Below, piece after piece: positions 25,902 to 41,455 of a DNA stretch of 64,000 bases. The stretch's first letter is position 1; every line of letters starts with the position of its first letter. The notes under the pieces were generated by a model, which had not been told where the DNA came from, searched no databases, and saw nothing but the letters and a program-made list of their open reading frames with translations. The stretch lies in assembly GCA_951406725.2 (NCBI GenBank), contig OX597830.1, positions 10,478,001-10,542,000 on the forward strand, given 5' to 3'. This DNA comes from Octopus vulgaris. Its lineage: Eukaryota. Both the position numbers and the translations under genes were made by a program.

Positions 25902-26082
25902 TAGGCCACTGCTTAGAATCGAACTCGGAATCTTGGGGTTAGTAGCCCGCGCTTTTAACCACTACGCCATATGGAAGGTATATCAGCCGAAACATTGTGT
26001 TAACAACAAACAAGACAAGGACAAATATCCGTCAAATGTAAATAATGTTCATAATTCCTCATCTCTTAAATACAGACCTGTA
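25758..26082. mobile_element. tRNA-headed element carrying a hammerhead, internally inverted
   Basis: Minus strand: tRNA-like head 25903-25971 (ggcgtagtggtt, gagttcgattc), (CTA/TAA)n, then GACAC-CUGAUGA-A-GGCUG-gaggguaua. Plus strand from 25972: ggaagguauau-CAGCC-GAAAC-AUU-GUGUU. Confidence 0.7.
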
Positions 26083-26214
26083 CTTTCAGCATATTGTTCA
26101 ATTGTCCTGTCTGTAAGTTGTCTGTCGGCCAACTGTCCGTCTGCCCATCTAACCAGTGCAAGGATACTTTGTCACTACCTTGTCATATCTCACCTGTCTG
26201 CAGGTAGTTGATCA

Positions 26215-26530
26215 CTGCTCTTATAAAACTGACCAACCTGTAGATGAGCGTTCACAAACGTAACTACTTCGGACACTCGTCATTTACAATAATTTTCAAT
26301 TTACAAAAGAATCTATCCCAGCTCGAAACATTGTCACTGGCTCCACCTGCATGGTGTTTACGTGTCACAAATCTCATATTGTGGAGCTTAAAATGCCACT
26401 CATGTTTATAATGGAAGAAGAATCTTAGAACCAGGAAGAAAACAAGATCATTTGATTGATTCTCTACTTGGCTTTCTAGCCAATACATTGTTGCTTCGAT
26501 CTCATCTTTAACGGCATCGATCTCGCCAGT
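26215..26530 (-). pseudogene. Decayed Tigger/pogo-like transposase fragment
   Basis: WHFKLHNMRFVTRKHHAGGASDNVSSWDRFFCKLKIIVNDE then, frameshifted, FVNAHLQVGQFYKS, which resembles FKxRH..GEaaSAD..F..L..II..YNADETGLFYK. Confidence 0.5.
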
Positions 26531-26736
26531 CAAGAGGGATTATTAAGACCCTAGGCACTGTCCCTAACCCACCATGAAGCCATTACCAAATGAAATAGAA
26601 AAAAATTACCTGCAGGAGTATATCGATTCCCCAGATTTCTTGACTTCAAAGCCGTTCCGAACTACTGATTTTTCCGAACCAGGAGTGGTCACCTAAATCC
26701 TCATTCTTTAAATTAAACAAAGATTAAATCTGCCTA

Positions 26737-27041
26737 GTGGAGGCACATGGCCTAGTGGTTAGAGCAGAAGATTCGCGGTCGAGGGATCGCGGGTTCGAAT
26801 CTCAGACCGGGCGATGTGTGTGTTTATGAGCGAAACACCTAAGCTCCACGCGGCTCCGGCAGAAGGTAATAGCGAACTTCTGCTGACTCTTTCGCTACGA
26901 CTTTCTCTCATTCTTTCCTCCTGCATCTTGCAGCTCACCTGCGACGGACCGGCATCCCATCCAGGTGGGGAACCTATACGCCAAGGAAACCGGGAAACCG
27001 GCCCTTATGAGCCAGGCATGGCTCGAGAAGGAACAAACAAC
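26737..27041 (+). mobile_element. Full-length tRNA-derived SINE with 11-bp TSD
   Basis: A box tggcctagtgg, B box ggttcgaatc, short (AAC)n tail; TSD aaatctgccta at 26726-26736 and 27042-27052. Confidence 0.9.
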
Positions 27042-27104
27042 AAATCTGCCTAAATAATTAAACAAAATGCAGGTAGCTGTATATTGGTATAAATAATAAA
27101 TAAA

Positions 27105-27351
27105 TGCGCCCTTTTAAAGCCTAGCCAGGCTCATAGGGCCCGGTTTCCCGGTTTCTGTGGCGCATGTGTTCCCCAGCTGGATGGGACGCCAGTCCATCGC
27201 AGCGTTACTCATTTTTGCCAGCTGAGTGGACTGAAGCAACGTGAAATGAAGTGTTTTGCTCAAGAACAAAATGCGTCGCCCGGTCGAGGAATCGAAACCA
27301 CAATCTTATGATCATGATGCTGACACCCTAACCACTCAGCCACGCGCCTCC
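27105..27351 (-). mobile_element. SINE family C
   Basis: Reverse complement of 8877-9122. Confidence 0.9.
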
Positions 27352-27879
27352 ACGTATAAGCTTATTAATATTGTATTTGTACTGAGCAAGGTACCAGTAA
27401 ACTAGTCTGGAAGGTTTGGGAATTCGAAGTCGCTGCTTGTAAATTATTCTGGATTATAAGAGATTTCGGACAATCAGTGTCCGCAAAATCGGTGTTGTGT
27501 CTGTGCAACCTCACTGACTTCTGTGCCTTCTTTCGACTTGCTAGAAACAGCAGTCATGCCTTGGTCGTATGAAAACCTACGTAATGTAGCCGTAGATACA
27601 TGGTGCTTAAGAATAAAATAGGGTGGTCACGGGTGGAATGATTTTGGTCATACATTTGGTGAATCTGGGTTAATCTTTGACAAAACAGTACATTACTATC
27701 ATCACAGTAAAGTGAACCAGAAAGGGCTCTCCTCTCTCTCTCTTCCCAGTGAGGTTGTTTATACCGAAAAGGTGTGTTTATTTTAGTATACATACACTTA
27801 GATTTTCAAAAAAATCGATAGATATACTCCACAAAAGAATATAGCATTATAACAGAACACCTTTCACCCACGTGCTCGC

Positions 27880-28275
27880 TCGCACGCACACACAGACACA
27901 CAGACACACAAACACACAGACACACACACACACACACAGACACACAAACACACAGACACAATCACACACAGACACAATCACACACATACACAATCAAACA
28001 CAAACTCACAGACACACAAACACACACAAACATACACACACACACACACACACACACAGATACACAAACACAAACACACACACACACGCACAGGCACAGG
28101 CACAGACACAGACACGCACACGCTCAGACACACAAACCCACACAGACACACAGACACAAAAAACCCACACAGACACACACAGACACACAAACACAGACAG
28201 ATACACACAGACACAGAAACACACAAACAAGCACCCACCGACAAACGCACACACGCGCAGACACGCATACACACT
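27880..28275. repeat. (CA)/(CAGA)-rich low-complexity tract
   Basis: Direct inspection. Confidence 0.93.
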
Positions 28276-28742
28276 CAGGTGTGTATGAAGGTGTGTGAGT
28301 GTGTTTTGCCCACACATGTATGTAGATGTACATGGATATATCTATATACACACAGTACGTACGTACACACACGCACACACGTCTGTGTATACACACTCAC
28401 AGATTGGGATTGAAATAGATAAGAGAAATTGCAATGAAGGTTGTTTATAAAAATAAAATTTTTAAAGAATTTTAAAATGCGTGCCTGTGTGTATATGTGT
28501 ATATATGTCTGGGGCAGGTAGGTAAATGTATCAGTCACGTCCGAATATATATCTACTGTTTAAATAGTATACAATATCTGGAATGCGTTTTTGTTTTTGT
28601 TGTCTGTTTTGTTGGGTTTTTTCTTTTGTTTTGTTTTTCTTTTTACTTTTTGTTTTTTTTACAAAAGAAAGAATGGTCGATTTGTTAAAGAGTTCGATTC
28701 GCAATCATAACAACCCAGTTCCAAATTCGATCCCACGGCGTC

Positions 28743-28950
28743 CTGGCAGAACGGTTAGGACGCTGGAAGTAGTGCTTAGCGGTATTTCACCCGCCGCTGC
28801 GGTCTGAGTTCAAATTCCGCCGAGGTCGACTTTACCTTTCATGCTTTCGAGGTCGATAAATTAAGTAGCAGTTGAGTACTGGGGTCACTGCCATCGATTA
28901 TTCCTCCCTTCCCGAAATTTCAGGCTTTGTGCCTATAATAGAAACGATTA
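28743..28950 (+). mobile_element. SINE family B
   Basis: Head, B box and Meta-like core. Confidence 0.85.
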
Positions 28951-28956
28951 TAACTA

Positions 28957-30020
28957 TTATCACCTCCGCCTTAGCGAGGGCGGAGGTATTGTTTTCAGTC
29001 GCGTTTGTTTGTTTGTTTGTCTGTGGACATGATATCTCAAGAACCACTGGATGGATTCGGATGAAACTTTCAGGGATGTTTGGCCTCGTGACTGGTACGA
29101 ACTGATTAGATTTTGGGATCGATTCGGTACCGAACAAGGATTCTGGATTATTCGTTATATTTACTTTACATGAAGTATTACAATCTTACGTTCACTTTCA
29201 AGTCTTTCTCTGATTACCTCTCTCGAAAGCACGCTCATGGTTTCCACGTAAGTTACGGTGGTGTTACTGTTTCCAAAGTTTTATTTTCGTTTCTCTATTA
29301 TTAATCTTACTCACGTTCTATCTTAGTAGAAACTGATGGATAAAGAAATCAAATGATACAAACAAACAGCAGCAAAACCGTTCAGAAATTAAATAACACT
29401 AATATATTCAGTAACAGTAATAAATTTAATTTAACCTCGACAATCTTTAATTTTACTGATTTTGAATATATTGCTCCTGTTTAAAACCTTTTACCTACTT
29501 GACAATTGTATTTCTAGCTCTGCCTTGAAGGAAGCTTTACTTCTTGGACTCACATTTTTGTGTACATCGATGTTGTTGAACCTTCCTTAACAGCACCGTA
29601 TGCAGGTCCTTTCCGTTTTCTTTCATGCACGGATGAATTTTTCTCTTTAGACCTTAATGGTTGTAAAGATACTATATCAGTGGATAGACTAAAAAATGCC
29701 TTCATAGAGAAAATTGTCCCTGTTCCCACTGCAGACGACACACACACACACACAGCATTAAAAACACGGCCCACACCTCTACCTTCACATTCCATGACTA
29801 CCACTGGGATCGATCAGGTACCGGACAAGGATTCTGGATTATTTTTCCAATTTTTTTACTTAATTTTTGAGAGTGGTTGGGTTCATATTTAGTATTCTCG
29901 TTTGTGAGAGTAGTCGAGTTTATTTCAGATATTCTCATTTTAAAAATCATTTCCGTTTAATCGTTGAGAGGACGTTGGTGTTACCTTGGCGGAAGTTTGT
30001 GCTCTCTGAGTGCTCTTGTT
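28957..30020 (+). mobile_element. Non-autonomous Helentron-associated element (HINE/DINE-1-like)
   Basis: 5' acctccgcc..ggcggaggt palindrome, (GTTT)n, atgaaacttt core; 3' ggcggaagt subterminal IR plus short stem-loop; T-rich flanks; internal duplication at ~29075 and ~29806. Confidence 0.8.
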
Positions 30021-30055
30021 ATTATTACTGTCATTATTATTATTATTATTATTGA

Positions 30056-30230
30056 AGGCGGCGAGCTGGCAGAATCGTTATCTGTGTTCAAATTCCACCG
30101 AGATCGACTTTGACATTTTATCCTTTCAGGGTCGAGTAAATAAATACCAGGTACGCACTGGGATCGATGTAATCGACTTAATCCCTTCCACCAAATTTGA
30201 GGACTTGTGCTTCCAGTAGAAAGGATTATT
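30056..30230 (+). mobile_element. SINE family B, internally deleted
   Basis: aggcggcgagctggcagaatcgtta head plus core. Confidence 0.8.
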
Positions 30231-31849
30231 ATTATTATTAAAGAGCAGTGCATGCCATCAAAGGGACAATGGGGTAAAATATACGAAGCCCAGTATACCC
30301 ATCATGACTACCCGTCTAAGCGTACACCCGGAACATGCCTCGCAATCATATGTGAGCGACATAGTGATATCATATCAAGATAAACAGCGCATGACCTTGC
30401 AGATGGGGTCCAGTTAGAATTATCTTCAGGTCGAGTAACCCATCCCGCTCAAAAAGTTCCTGAATAAGGGTTGTTTCAGGATGTTGAACGAACCACCCAT
30501 GTTTCCAAAGGTGAATTATCCAAACCCCAAAGAATCCCTCTCAACACATAGCTGGCTATGATGCTCCCCCACTACTTCTGCTCATGATCAGAGATGCACA
30601 TATCGTCAGCCACTAAGGGACATGCTCAACTGGTTAAGGTCAAGCAACTGACTAGCAAATCTGTGGTATTGAGCAGAATATTTGCTAGAGCCCTATTATT
30701 ATTGTTGTTGTTGTCTGATCAATCTATTCCTTGAAAATGAAACTTGGGCTGACAAATTGCAAAACCTCGTCGAATCTGTAAATTTAATTAAAAAAACAAC
30801 GTTTCCCAAGAATTTGTCCCGCTTATTTTGCCGAGGATAACGCTGAAAGTTACATGAATTACGTGTGTTAGAGGAATATTCAGCCAGACCATAATTTAAT
30901 CAGAAGTTCAAACTATTTTTTAAAAAACCTTGCGGGGTCCCGAGAAAGGAGCAGTAGCAATAAGTCTTGTAGTCTTTCCAAGAATTGGTAAGGTTGATCC
31001 CGTAAAAGTTATGTTCAAAACTGTTTTCAATCGAGTCCAGCAGTAAAAAACATGAGCAGGGAGAAGAGAGAAGATTACAGTGAAAAGAAGGAATGGGATT
31101 AGCGGGTTAGTGACGGGCCCTGACGGGCAGGTCCGGTGATAGACGCAATAAGAGTGACGAAAGGTGTAGAGATGAGTGGATAAGAGGGGCATCTATTGGA
31201 AAAACATGAATAGAAGATTCCGGGGGATAACTGGTTCCGAGGAAGAAGGAATGGGTAGGGTGATTATTGTCGGTCCAAGCGGGCGAGTGGATGTAGTGTT
31301 GGACGCAGTGCGTGACGAGAAAGATCAGAATGAGTGGGGCCGGCTTAGCAGAGTAGAGGTACAAGACCAACTTACTGTGAGGAACAGGGACCATTATAGT
31401 AGAGTTAGAGAAACTGGTTCGGAGGAAAAGGAGTGGACAAGGTGGTTATTGCCGATGCAAGCGGGTGGGTCGGTCGGTATGGTGTTAGGTGAAACACTTG
31501 ATGAGAAGGATGAGAGAAAGTGAGGAGGTACGAGGCCAACTTGCTCTGTGGAACAGAGGCCATTATACTGGTATTCCGTCGGTTACGACGATGAGCGTTC
31601 CAATTGATACAATCAACGGAACAACCTGCTCATGAAATTAATGTACAAGTGGCTGAGCACTCCACAGACACGTGTACACTTAACATAATTCTCAAGGAGA
31701 TTTGGAGTGACTACACACGCACGCACGCACGCACGCACACACGCGCGCGCGCGCGCGCATATATAATTGTATATTACTCTGCCTTTGGTATTCGAGTACT
31801 ACTTTTCCACCTTTCACCTTGTTTTGCACCTATGTGCTTATCGTGTGGA

Positions 31850-31880
<31 letters not shown>

Positions 31881-32629
31881 GTATGACAAGGTGTACTCTG
31901 TGAATTACAGGTACAATTCATTATTGCCAGCTGAATGGACTTGAGTAACATGAAATAAAGTATCTTCTCAAGGACACAACACGCTCCCGGGAATCGAACT
32001 CACGTCTTTGCGATCGTGAGCCGAATGCCTTAACCACTAAGCTACAGCAGTGACAGAAAAGACAAAGGGAAGACAAAGCATTGGAGTGGATCAGAGGCCG
32101 GATTGTGTCCGTTGGTGATTTAATGGTCAGCAGTGAAGTGCTTCTCGCCTGCATACAGGCCAAGGCATCTGTGCTTAATTAATTCATTTGATCCACTAAT
32201 CAGGTCGTTCATCGTTGACACCGACGAAGATCCGTTCGTTTACTTATACCAACGCGGTTTCGTGCGTTCGTCACGTGTGTGTGTGTATGTGTGTGTGTGT
32301 GTGATTAGAAGTATGCATTGCTGTGCGTGTCGTTTATAATTACGTATTGTTCTGTACGTTGTTATAATTATCCATTGCCGTGTCTGTCTGTGTGTCGTTA
32401 TAAGTATGCAATGTGCGTGTGTATATGTATGTCTGATACAAGTATATATATATATATATATATATATTGATATGTGTATGTGTTGTTTGTGTATGCTGTT
32501 CACACTCTATTTCCTCGCCCTTCACTCTTCCCCTTCACTCCCCCCACCTCACAACTGTGTCCTGCGAAAATACAATTATATCACTAGAGGTGTTCTTCAA
32601 GCTTGCAGTACACCTGCAATATACACTAC

Positions 32630-33290
32630 TGTGGTGGTGACGGCGGCGGTGGTAATTGCAGTGGTGGTGGTGGTAATGATGGTGATACTGGATGTGGTAG
32701 TGACAGTGGTTGCCTTACAAATGGTGATTGTAATAGTGATGCTGGCGGTGATGGTGTTTGTAACGGTGGTGGTGGTGGTGGTGGTGGTGGTGGCTGTACT
32801 AATTGTGGTGGTGGTAGTTGTATTAATTGTGGTGTTGGAGGTGGTAGTTGCAATAATGAAGACAGTGGTGGTGGTTTAGCACTGGTGATGATGGTGGTGT
32901 AGTGTTGACGGTATTGGTTGTTTGGCGGCGGTGGTGGTTTGATGTTGTGATTCTGGTGGTACAGGTGGTGGTAGTGGTATTGATTGTAATGGTGGTGTAG
33001 TATTGGCGATAGTGCAAGTGGTGATTACGGTTGTCATCACAGTCAGTATCATCTGCATCAGTGTAGTGGTACCCCTCTTATTGGTATAGGTTGTAGTCGT
33101 GACAGTGGTTAAAGGAGAAAACAGTACACTTATCATATACGCCATTATGGTGGTGGTAGTAGTAGCAGTGGAGGTGGTAGTTGTAATAGTAGTAGTAGTA
33201 GTATCGGTGGTGGTAGTAATAGTAGTAGTAGTATTGGTAGTGGTGGTGATGGGGACAATGGTTTTGTTGATGTTGGTCGTGGACGGAGTG
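32630..33290. repeat. Degenerate (GGT/GTA)n trinucleotide region
   Basis: Direct; yields poly-V, poly-G/C and poly-P/T frames. Confidence 0.9.
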
Positions 33291-33304
33291 AAGTTTGTGA
33301 TATT

Positions 33305-33875
33305 CTTTTCTACTCAGGGCACAAGCCCGAAATTTTTTAGGGAGTGGGGCCAGTCGATTAGATTGACTCCAATATGCAACAGGTACTTAATTTATCAACC
33401 CCGAAAGGATGAACGGCAAAGTCGACCTCGGCGGAATTTGAACTCAGAACATAGCAGCAGGCAAAATACCTATTTCTTTACTACCCACAAGGGGCTACAC
33501 ACAGAGGAGACAAACAAAGGCAGGCAAACGGATTAAGTCGATTACATCGACCCCAGTGCGTAACTGGTACTTATTTAATCGACCCCGAAAGGATGAAAGA
33601 CAAAGTCGACCTTGGCGGAATTTGAACTCAGAACGTGGCGGCAGGCGAAATACCCGTTTCTTTACTACCCACAAGGGGCTACACACACAGAGGACAAACA
33701 AGGACAAAGGGATTAAGTCGATTATATCGACCCCAGTGCGTAACTAGTACTTATTTAATCAACCCCGAAAGGATGAAAGGCAAAGTCGACCTCGGCGGAA
33801 TTTGAACTCAGAACGTAACGGCAGACGAAATACGGCTACGCATTTCGCCCGGCGTGCTAACGATTCTGCCAGCTC
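33305..33875 (-). mobile_element. SINE family B trimer (one head, three core units)
   Basis: Three ~180-bp units joined at cgaaatacc/ctatttctttactaccc. Confidence 0.88.
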
Positions 33876-34215
33876 GATGCGCCTTAGTTTATAATATTCT
33901 TGTTCCTGTTAAGGTAGTGGAGGTGATAGGGATTGCAGTAGGGACGGTGATGGTCACGGTTGTAGTGGCTTTCTTAGTGATATTGGCAGCGACACTGATC
34001 GTGGTGATGGTGGTGATAGCGATTGTAAATTCGCCGTATAAACTGCAGTTGTTGCAGTGATGAAAGTGGTGGTGGTGGTAGTGATGGTATTTCGTGACGA
34101 TTTTATCAAATTACAACCGAGAAAGTTTCCTTTCACAGCATCAGAGACTTGGGAATATAATACAAGAGAAAAGTGTCAAGGTAGGAATTAGGCACCAGGT
34201 GTGTAGAATATAGCA

Positions 34216-34295
<80 letters not shown>

Positions 34296-34883
34296 GTAGG
34301 CACGCTCGCACTTAAATTCATACACAAATTCTCTCTCTCGTATGTATAATATATAGACATGCTTTTTCATACACATACATACATATATGTATGTACTTGT
34401 GTATAAGTGTGTACATATGTGTATATATGCATATATTTATGTATGCGCATATAATGTTTACATGTGTGTACATATAAATATATATGCAAATGTATTTATA
34501 AGTATAGGTGTGTGTGTGTGTGTGTGTGCATCAGTGTCAATATACACACTCACACATATGGCACAGGAGGATGACAATGGAATTTATAGGTAGGATGAAG
34601 AAATACACACACTCAACAGATGCAAGCATGCTCGTACTCTCATCAGTTATCAACCAAACACCATCACAATTTCGACACCACGGCTTTGCATGTATGAATG
34701 TGTTTATATGTATGTGTTGTACATATATATTTTTGTTTATGCCTATGTGTGTGTACATACACACGTGCACACAGAGGAATCGATTATCTCAAGCAGTTGA
34801 AAATATGTCACGATGCACGTGTCACTTTTTCCAAGAAAAATATTATTACAGACTTGTCCCATAAACATAGAAAAAGAGAGAGA

Positions 34884-34919
<36 letters not shown>

Positions 34920-36319
34920 GTATTGAAAAAGCGTATAGTGAAACCAATTAATGAGACTCCTGGAGACATGAGATCTCCGTATTAATACAAAACAAATAAA
35001 GACCACTTATTCTGTTCATCAGGGATGATGTGATGAAAATTAAAGAAACTCACTCAGCATTTTCTGCAAGCCGTTAGACAACGGGGCTAAAATTGGCTCC
35101 AATATAGAAAATGTAGATAGACCTAAATGAGAAGATGTGACGCATAACGTCAGCATCTAATTTTCTACGCTTAGTTCTGCCGATAGAATAAGTACTAGGC
35201 TTACAAAGAATAAGTCCTGGGGTCGATTTGTTCGACTAAAGGCGGTGCTCCAGCATGGCCACAGTCAAATAACTGAAACAAGTAAACGAGTAAAAGAGTA
35301 AAACCATTTCTTGGGGTTTTGTGGTCTCCCGAATTGGTGGGTGTATAGTCAGAGTTGTATCTATGTGTTGGGTGTACGTGCATGTCCCTTTAGAATACAA
35401 GGGTGCATGATTCCCCATTTATGTGTGGGGGGAAGCGATGGTAGGCAGCCCAAGAAAGTAAACGAAGGGGTGGATTAGATATCAATAAATACGATTCAGT
35501 CCCTCGTTAAATGGGAATCGTGATGGGAGAGATAGAGAGAGAGAGACTTAAGAGATATTTGCTGGCGAAAAAGAGAGAAGGCGAGTGATTGATAGTTGCA
35601 AAAATGGTTGGTGGTAAGTGCAGTGTGACGAGTGAGATGGTACAAGGAATATGAGATGGAGGCTTAGAGAAGATGAAAGATAATCGGATCGGTAAGAGGT
35701 GGAACAGATGAAGATTTCAGGAATACACATCAGGAGAAAGGCCAAGATATTGAAATATATTTGTAGATATATATACATGTGATTCTGCGTAAATGTTCAC
35801 TTCCAGGAACCTGACATGATAAATCCCTGGAATGTTTTGCAAATTTTCACTGTAGTTGATTATATTTGAAAACTGCGAACCAGTTTGCTTTGTTCCTTCC
35901 TGAAAAATCTCAACGTTACTAGGCTTTTATTAAATAACCCAATGCATATCTGGTAACTGATAATACGAAAACACCTATGATCTGGATATGTCAGCTGTAG
36001 GTTTGTCATCGGTTTCCCATAGGTGTTCTCCTTTTCTCTAATTTTTAGCAAAACCTTCACATTTCTACAGCAGTGCATGGTTTTTATTCTTGTTCCATGA
36101 AACAATATCTGGCCTGCTTTGCTTACACTGGGTTACTGTATTTATTTGAATACTTCACCACTATTCTTTATCTGGCCACAGTGGAATTTGAACTCAGAAC
36201 ACACACTAAATGCCACAAGAAATAAATTCCACACAGGATCGAGTCTCATCCGACGCTTTAGCGATTCCACCGGTCCTCGCTCTTCGTTGATATTTTTTAA
36301 TCGACACTTCAAATCCATT

Positions 36320-37118
36320 CTACTATAGACACAAGGCCTGACATTTTGGGGGACGGAACTAATCGATTATATCGACCACAGTACTCAACTGGTACTTATT
36401 TCAGTGACCCCGAAAAGATGAATGGCAAAGTCGACCTCGGCAGATTTCGAACTCAGAAAGAAAAGACGGACGAAATGCAGCTAAACATTTTGCCCGGCGT
36501 GTTAACGCCTCGGCCAACCTGCGACCTTAGCAACGACAATAATTATGGTTTTTACTATAGGCACACGGCCTGAAGTTTGTTTGGGAAAAGGATAGTCGAT
36601 TACGTCGACCCCAGTACTTAACTGGTACTTAATTTAGCAATCCCCTAAGTATATAAAGGCAAAGTCGAGCAAGGCGGAATTTGAACTTAGAACGAAAAGA
36701 CGAACGAAATAACTATTTCTTTACTACCCACAAGGGGCTAAACACAGAGGGGAAATACAAGGACAGACAAACGGATTAAAACGATTACATCGACCCCAGT
36801 GCGTAACTGGTACTTATTTTATCGACCCCGAAAGGATGAAAAACGAAGTCGACCTCGATGATATTTGAACTCAGAACATAAAGACGGACGAAATGCCAAT
36901 TTCAAGGGGCTAAACACAGAGGGGAAAAACAAGGACAGACAAACGGATTAAGTCGATTACATCGACCCCAGTGCGTAACAGGTACTTATTTAATCGACCC
37001 CGAAAGGATGAAAGGCAAAGTCGACATCGGCAGAATTTGAACTCGGAACGTAGCGGCAGACAAAATACCGCTAGGCATGTTGTCCGGTGTGTTAACGATT
37101 CTGTCAGCTTACTGCCTT
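36320..37118 (-). mobile_element. SINE family B array (four core units)
   Basis: Repeated core and tail blocks. Confidence 0.85.
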
Positions 37119-37956
37119 AATCGACATTTAAAAATAAAATAAAAAGTGACGAAAGAAAAGTTTAACCTGAGTGAGACTTGAAACCGAGACGCAGCGATCC
37201 ATAACAGATATAGCATGGCACTTCACCCACTTCCCTACGTCTGTATGTATGTATCTATTTATGTATCGGTGTATATATATAAGTGCTGTGAACACTGGGT
37301 CTGTATTTAACGTCATTGTTAGAGTTTGATATGTTTTACTAAGTCAAATGTGGAGGGGGGTGAGTGAATGTTGTGATAACACAAGTTCCGATTACACGTG
37401 AAAGTTCTTGCTTAATCCGTCAGAGTAATTCCCGGCGGAGCTTATATAACCATTTCTCTGTGATTGTTATCTCATCTGACCTGGATATGCCGTAGATTTT
37501 AATTGTTTTGTTTATTTTGAATTTGATTTTGATTTTTTAAAAGGAGTTGAGACAATGAATCAATGGGCTGACATAGCAGAGAGAAAGAGAGAGAGAGAGA
37601 CGGACGGACGGACGGACGGACGGAGAGACTGACAGACAGACAGAGGTCAACACACGCACGCACTCACATACTCAAACAAGTATTTGCGTGTGTACACGAG
37701 AGCACGCACGGACCCTCACACGCACGTAAACACACGCACTCGTACACAAACACATACACAGACACACAAAAATGCACTAATACACATACACACAAACACA
37801 CACACACAGCTGCGCACACATACTCGCATGCACATACATATATGCACTCGCATTCACACACACACACATGTACATTTGAATAAAAGCGTGTCTGTATATG
37901 AATGTATAGGACCGCACATAGAAACATGTATACGCATATATACACGTATATGTGAA

Positions 37957-40620
<2,664 letters not shown>

Positions 40621-40627
40621 GTGTCAT

Positions 40628-40791
40628 CAGAACCAACCCCAGGATTGCTGGCGCCCCGGGCAAACTGAATTTCGGCGTGTACAAGCTGACAGTCGTGAAA
40701 ATTCCCTCGTCTTTGTCGCCCTCCTTTGCGCCCCCTAGCACATGGTGCCTCGGGCGACTGCCCGAACGGACAGTACCTTGAGTCGGCCCTG
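40628..40791. mobile_element. hAT-type MITE with 8-bp TSD
   Basis: CAG...CTG ends, GC-rich ggcgcccc subterminal motifs, TSD tgtgtcat at 40620-40627 and 40792-40799. Confidence 0.75.
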
Positions 40792-41257
40792 TGTGTCATA
40801 TACGTCTGCATCATCACTTACGACCATTTTTCTTGCAGGCAGGGGTTGGACGTGTTGTGTCCATCGCAGTCAGTCCTTTTTCGGAGGTACTGCCCTCCTA
40901 AGTACTGTCAGATCAGAGAACAACATTTCGCCCGTACATTTCATTTCTGTATAGTCAATTTAATCTTATGCCCTCCATAACTCATTCCACTTTACAGAAC
41001 GCAATGGGTGATTTTATGAAGGGTACAAGCACTGAAAATATTGTCCTGCTTCGAAGAGATATGACTAAAGGCTTCGGTCGATGTCTCTGTCAGTTTTTGC
41101 ATTGTGACACCGGCATTCGTGATTCTGAAAAACAGAAAAGGATCATCATTGCCCTATAGTGCTAACTTTTATTTAGAGTGTTTCATAAACTTTCCAAAAA
41201 TTTTCACGAGCCGGTCTCCTTACAGTTTTTTCGTTGCACTGCATATTTCCAAAGGTT

Positions 41258-41455
41258 TCAGTCATTGCCTCGGTGAGGCCTAATGTTCGAAGGCCATGCT
41301 TCACCACCTCATCCCAGGTCTTCCTGGGTCTACCTCTCCCACAAGTTCCCTAGGATGTGGCACTTTTTCACACAGCTATCCTCATCCATTCTCCCCACAT
41401 GATCATACCAGCGCAGTCATCACTTTTGCACACCACATCTGATGCTTCTTAGGTC
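41258..41455 (-). mobile_element. RTE-clade LINE 3' coding fragment
   Basis: LRWYDHVGRMDEDSCVKKCH...TCGRGRPRKTWDEVVKHGLRTLGLTEAM, the typical RTE C-terminal WxGHVxRM/GRPRxxW motif. Confidence 0.9.

Noticed and set aside
25903-25971. Possible tRNA gene
   Set aside because: The acceptor stem is incomplete and it runs into a repeat body; treated as a SINE-type head. The same applies to the other SINE heads.
32603-32902. Gly/Cys-rich, loricrin-like ORF
   Set aside because: Lies in a decayed (GGT)n tract with all frames giving homopolymers and a non-ATG start; no splice or expression evidence.
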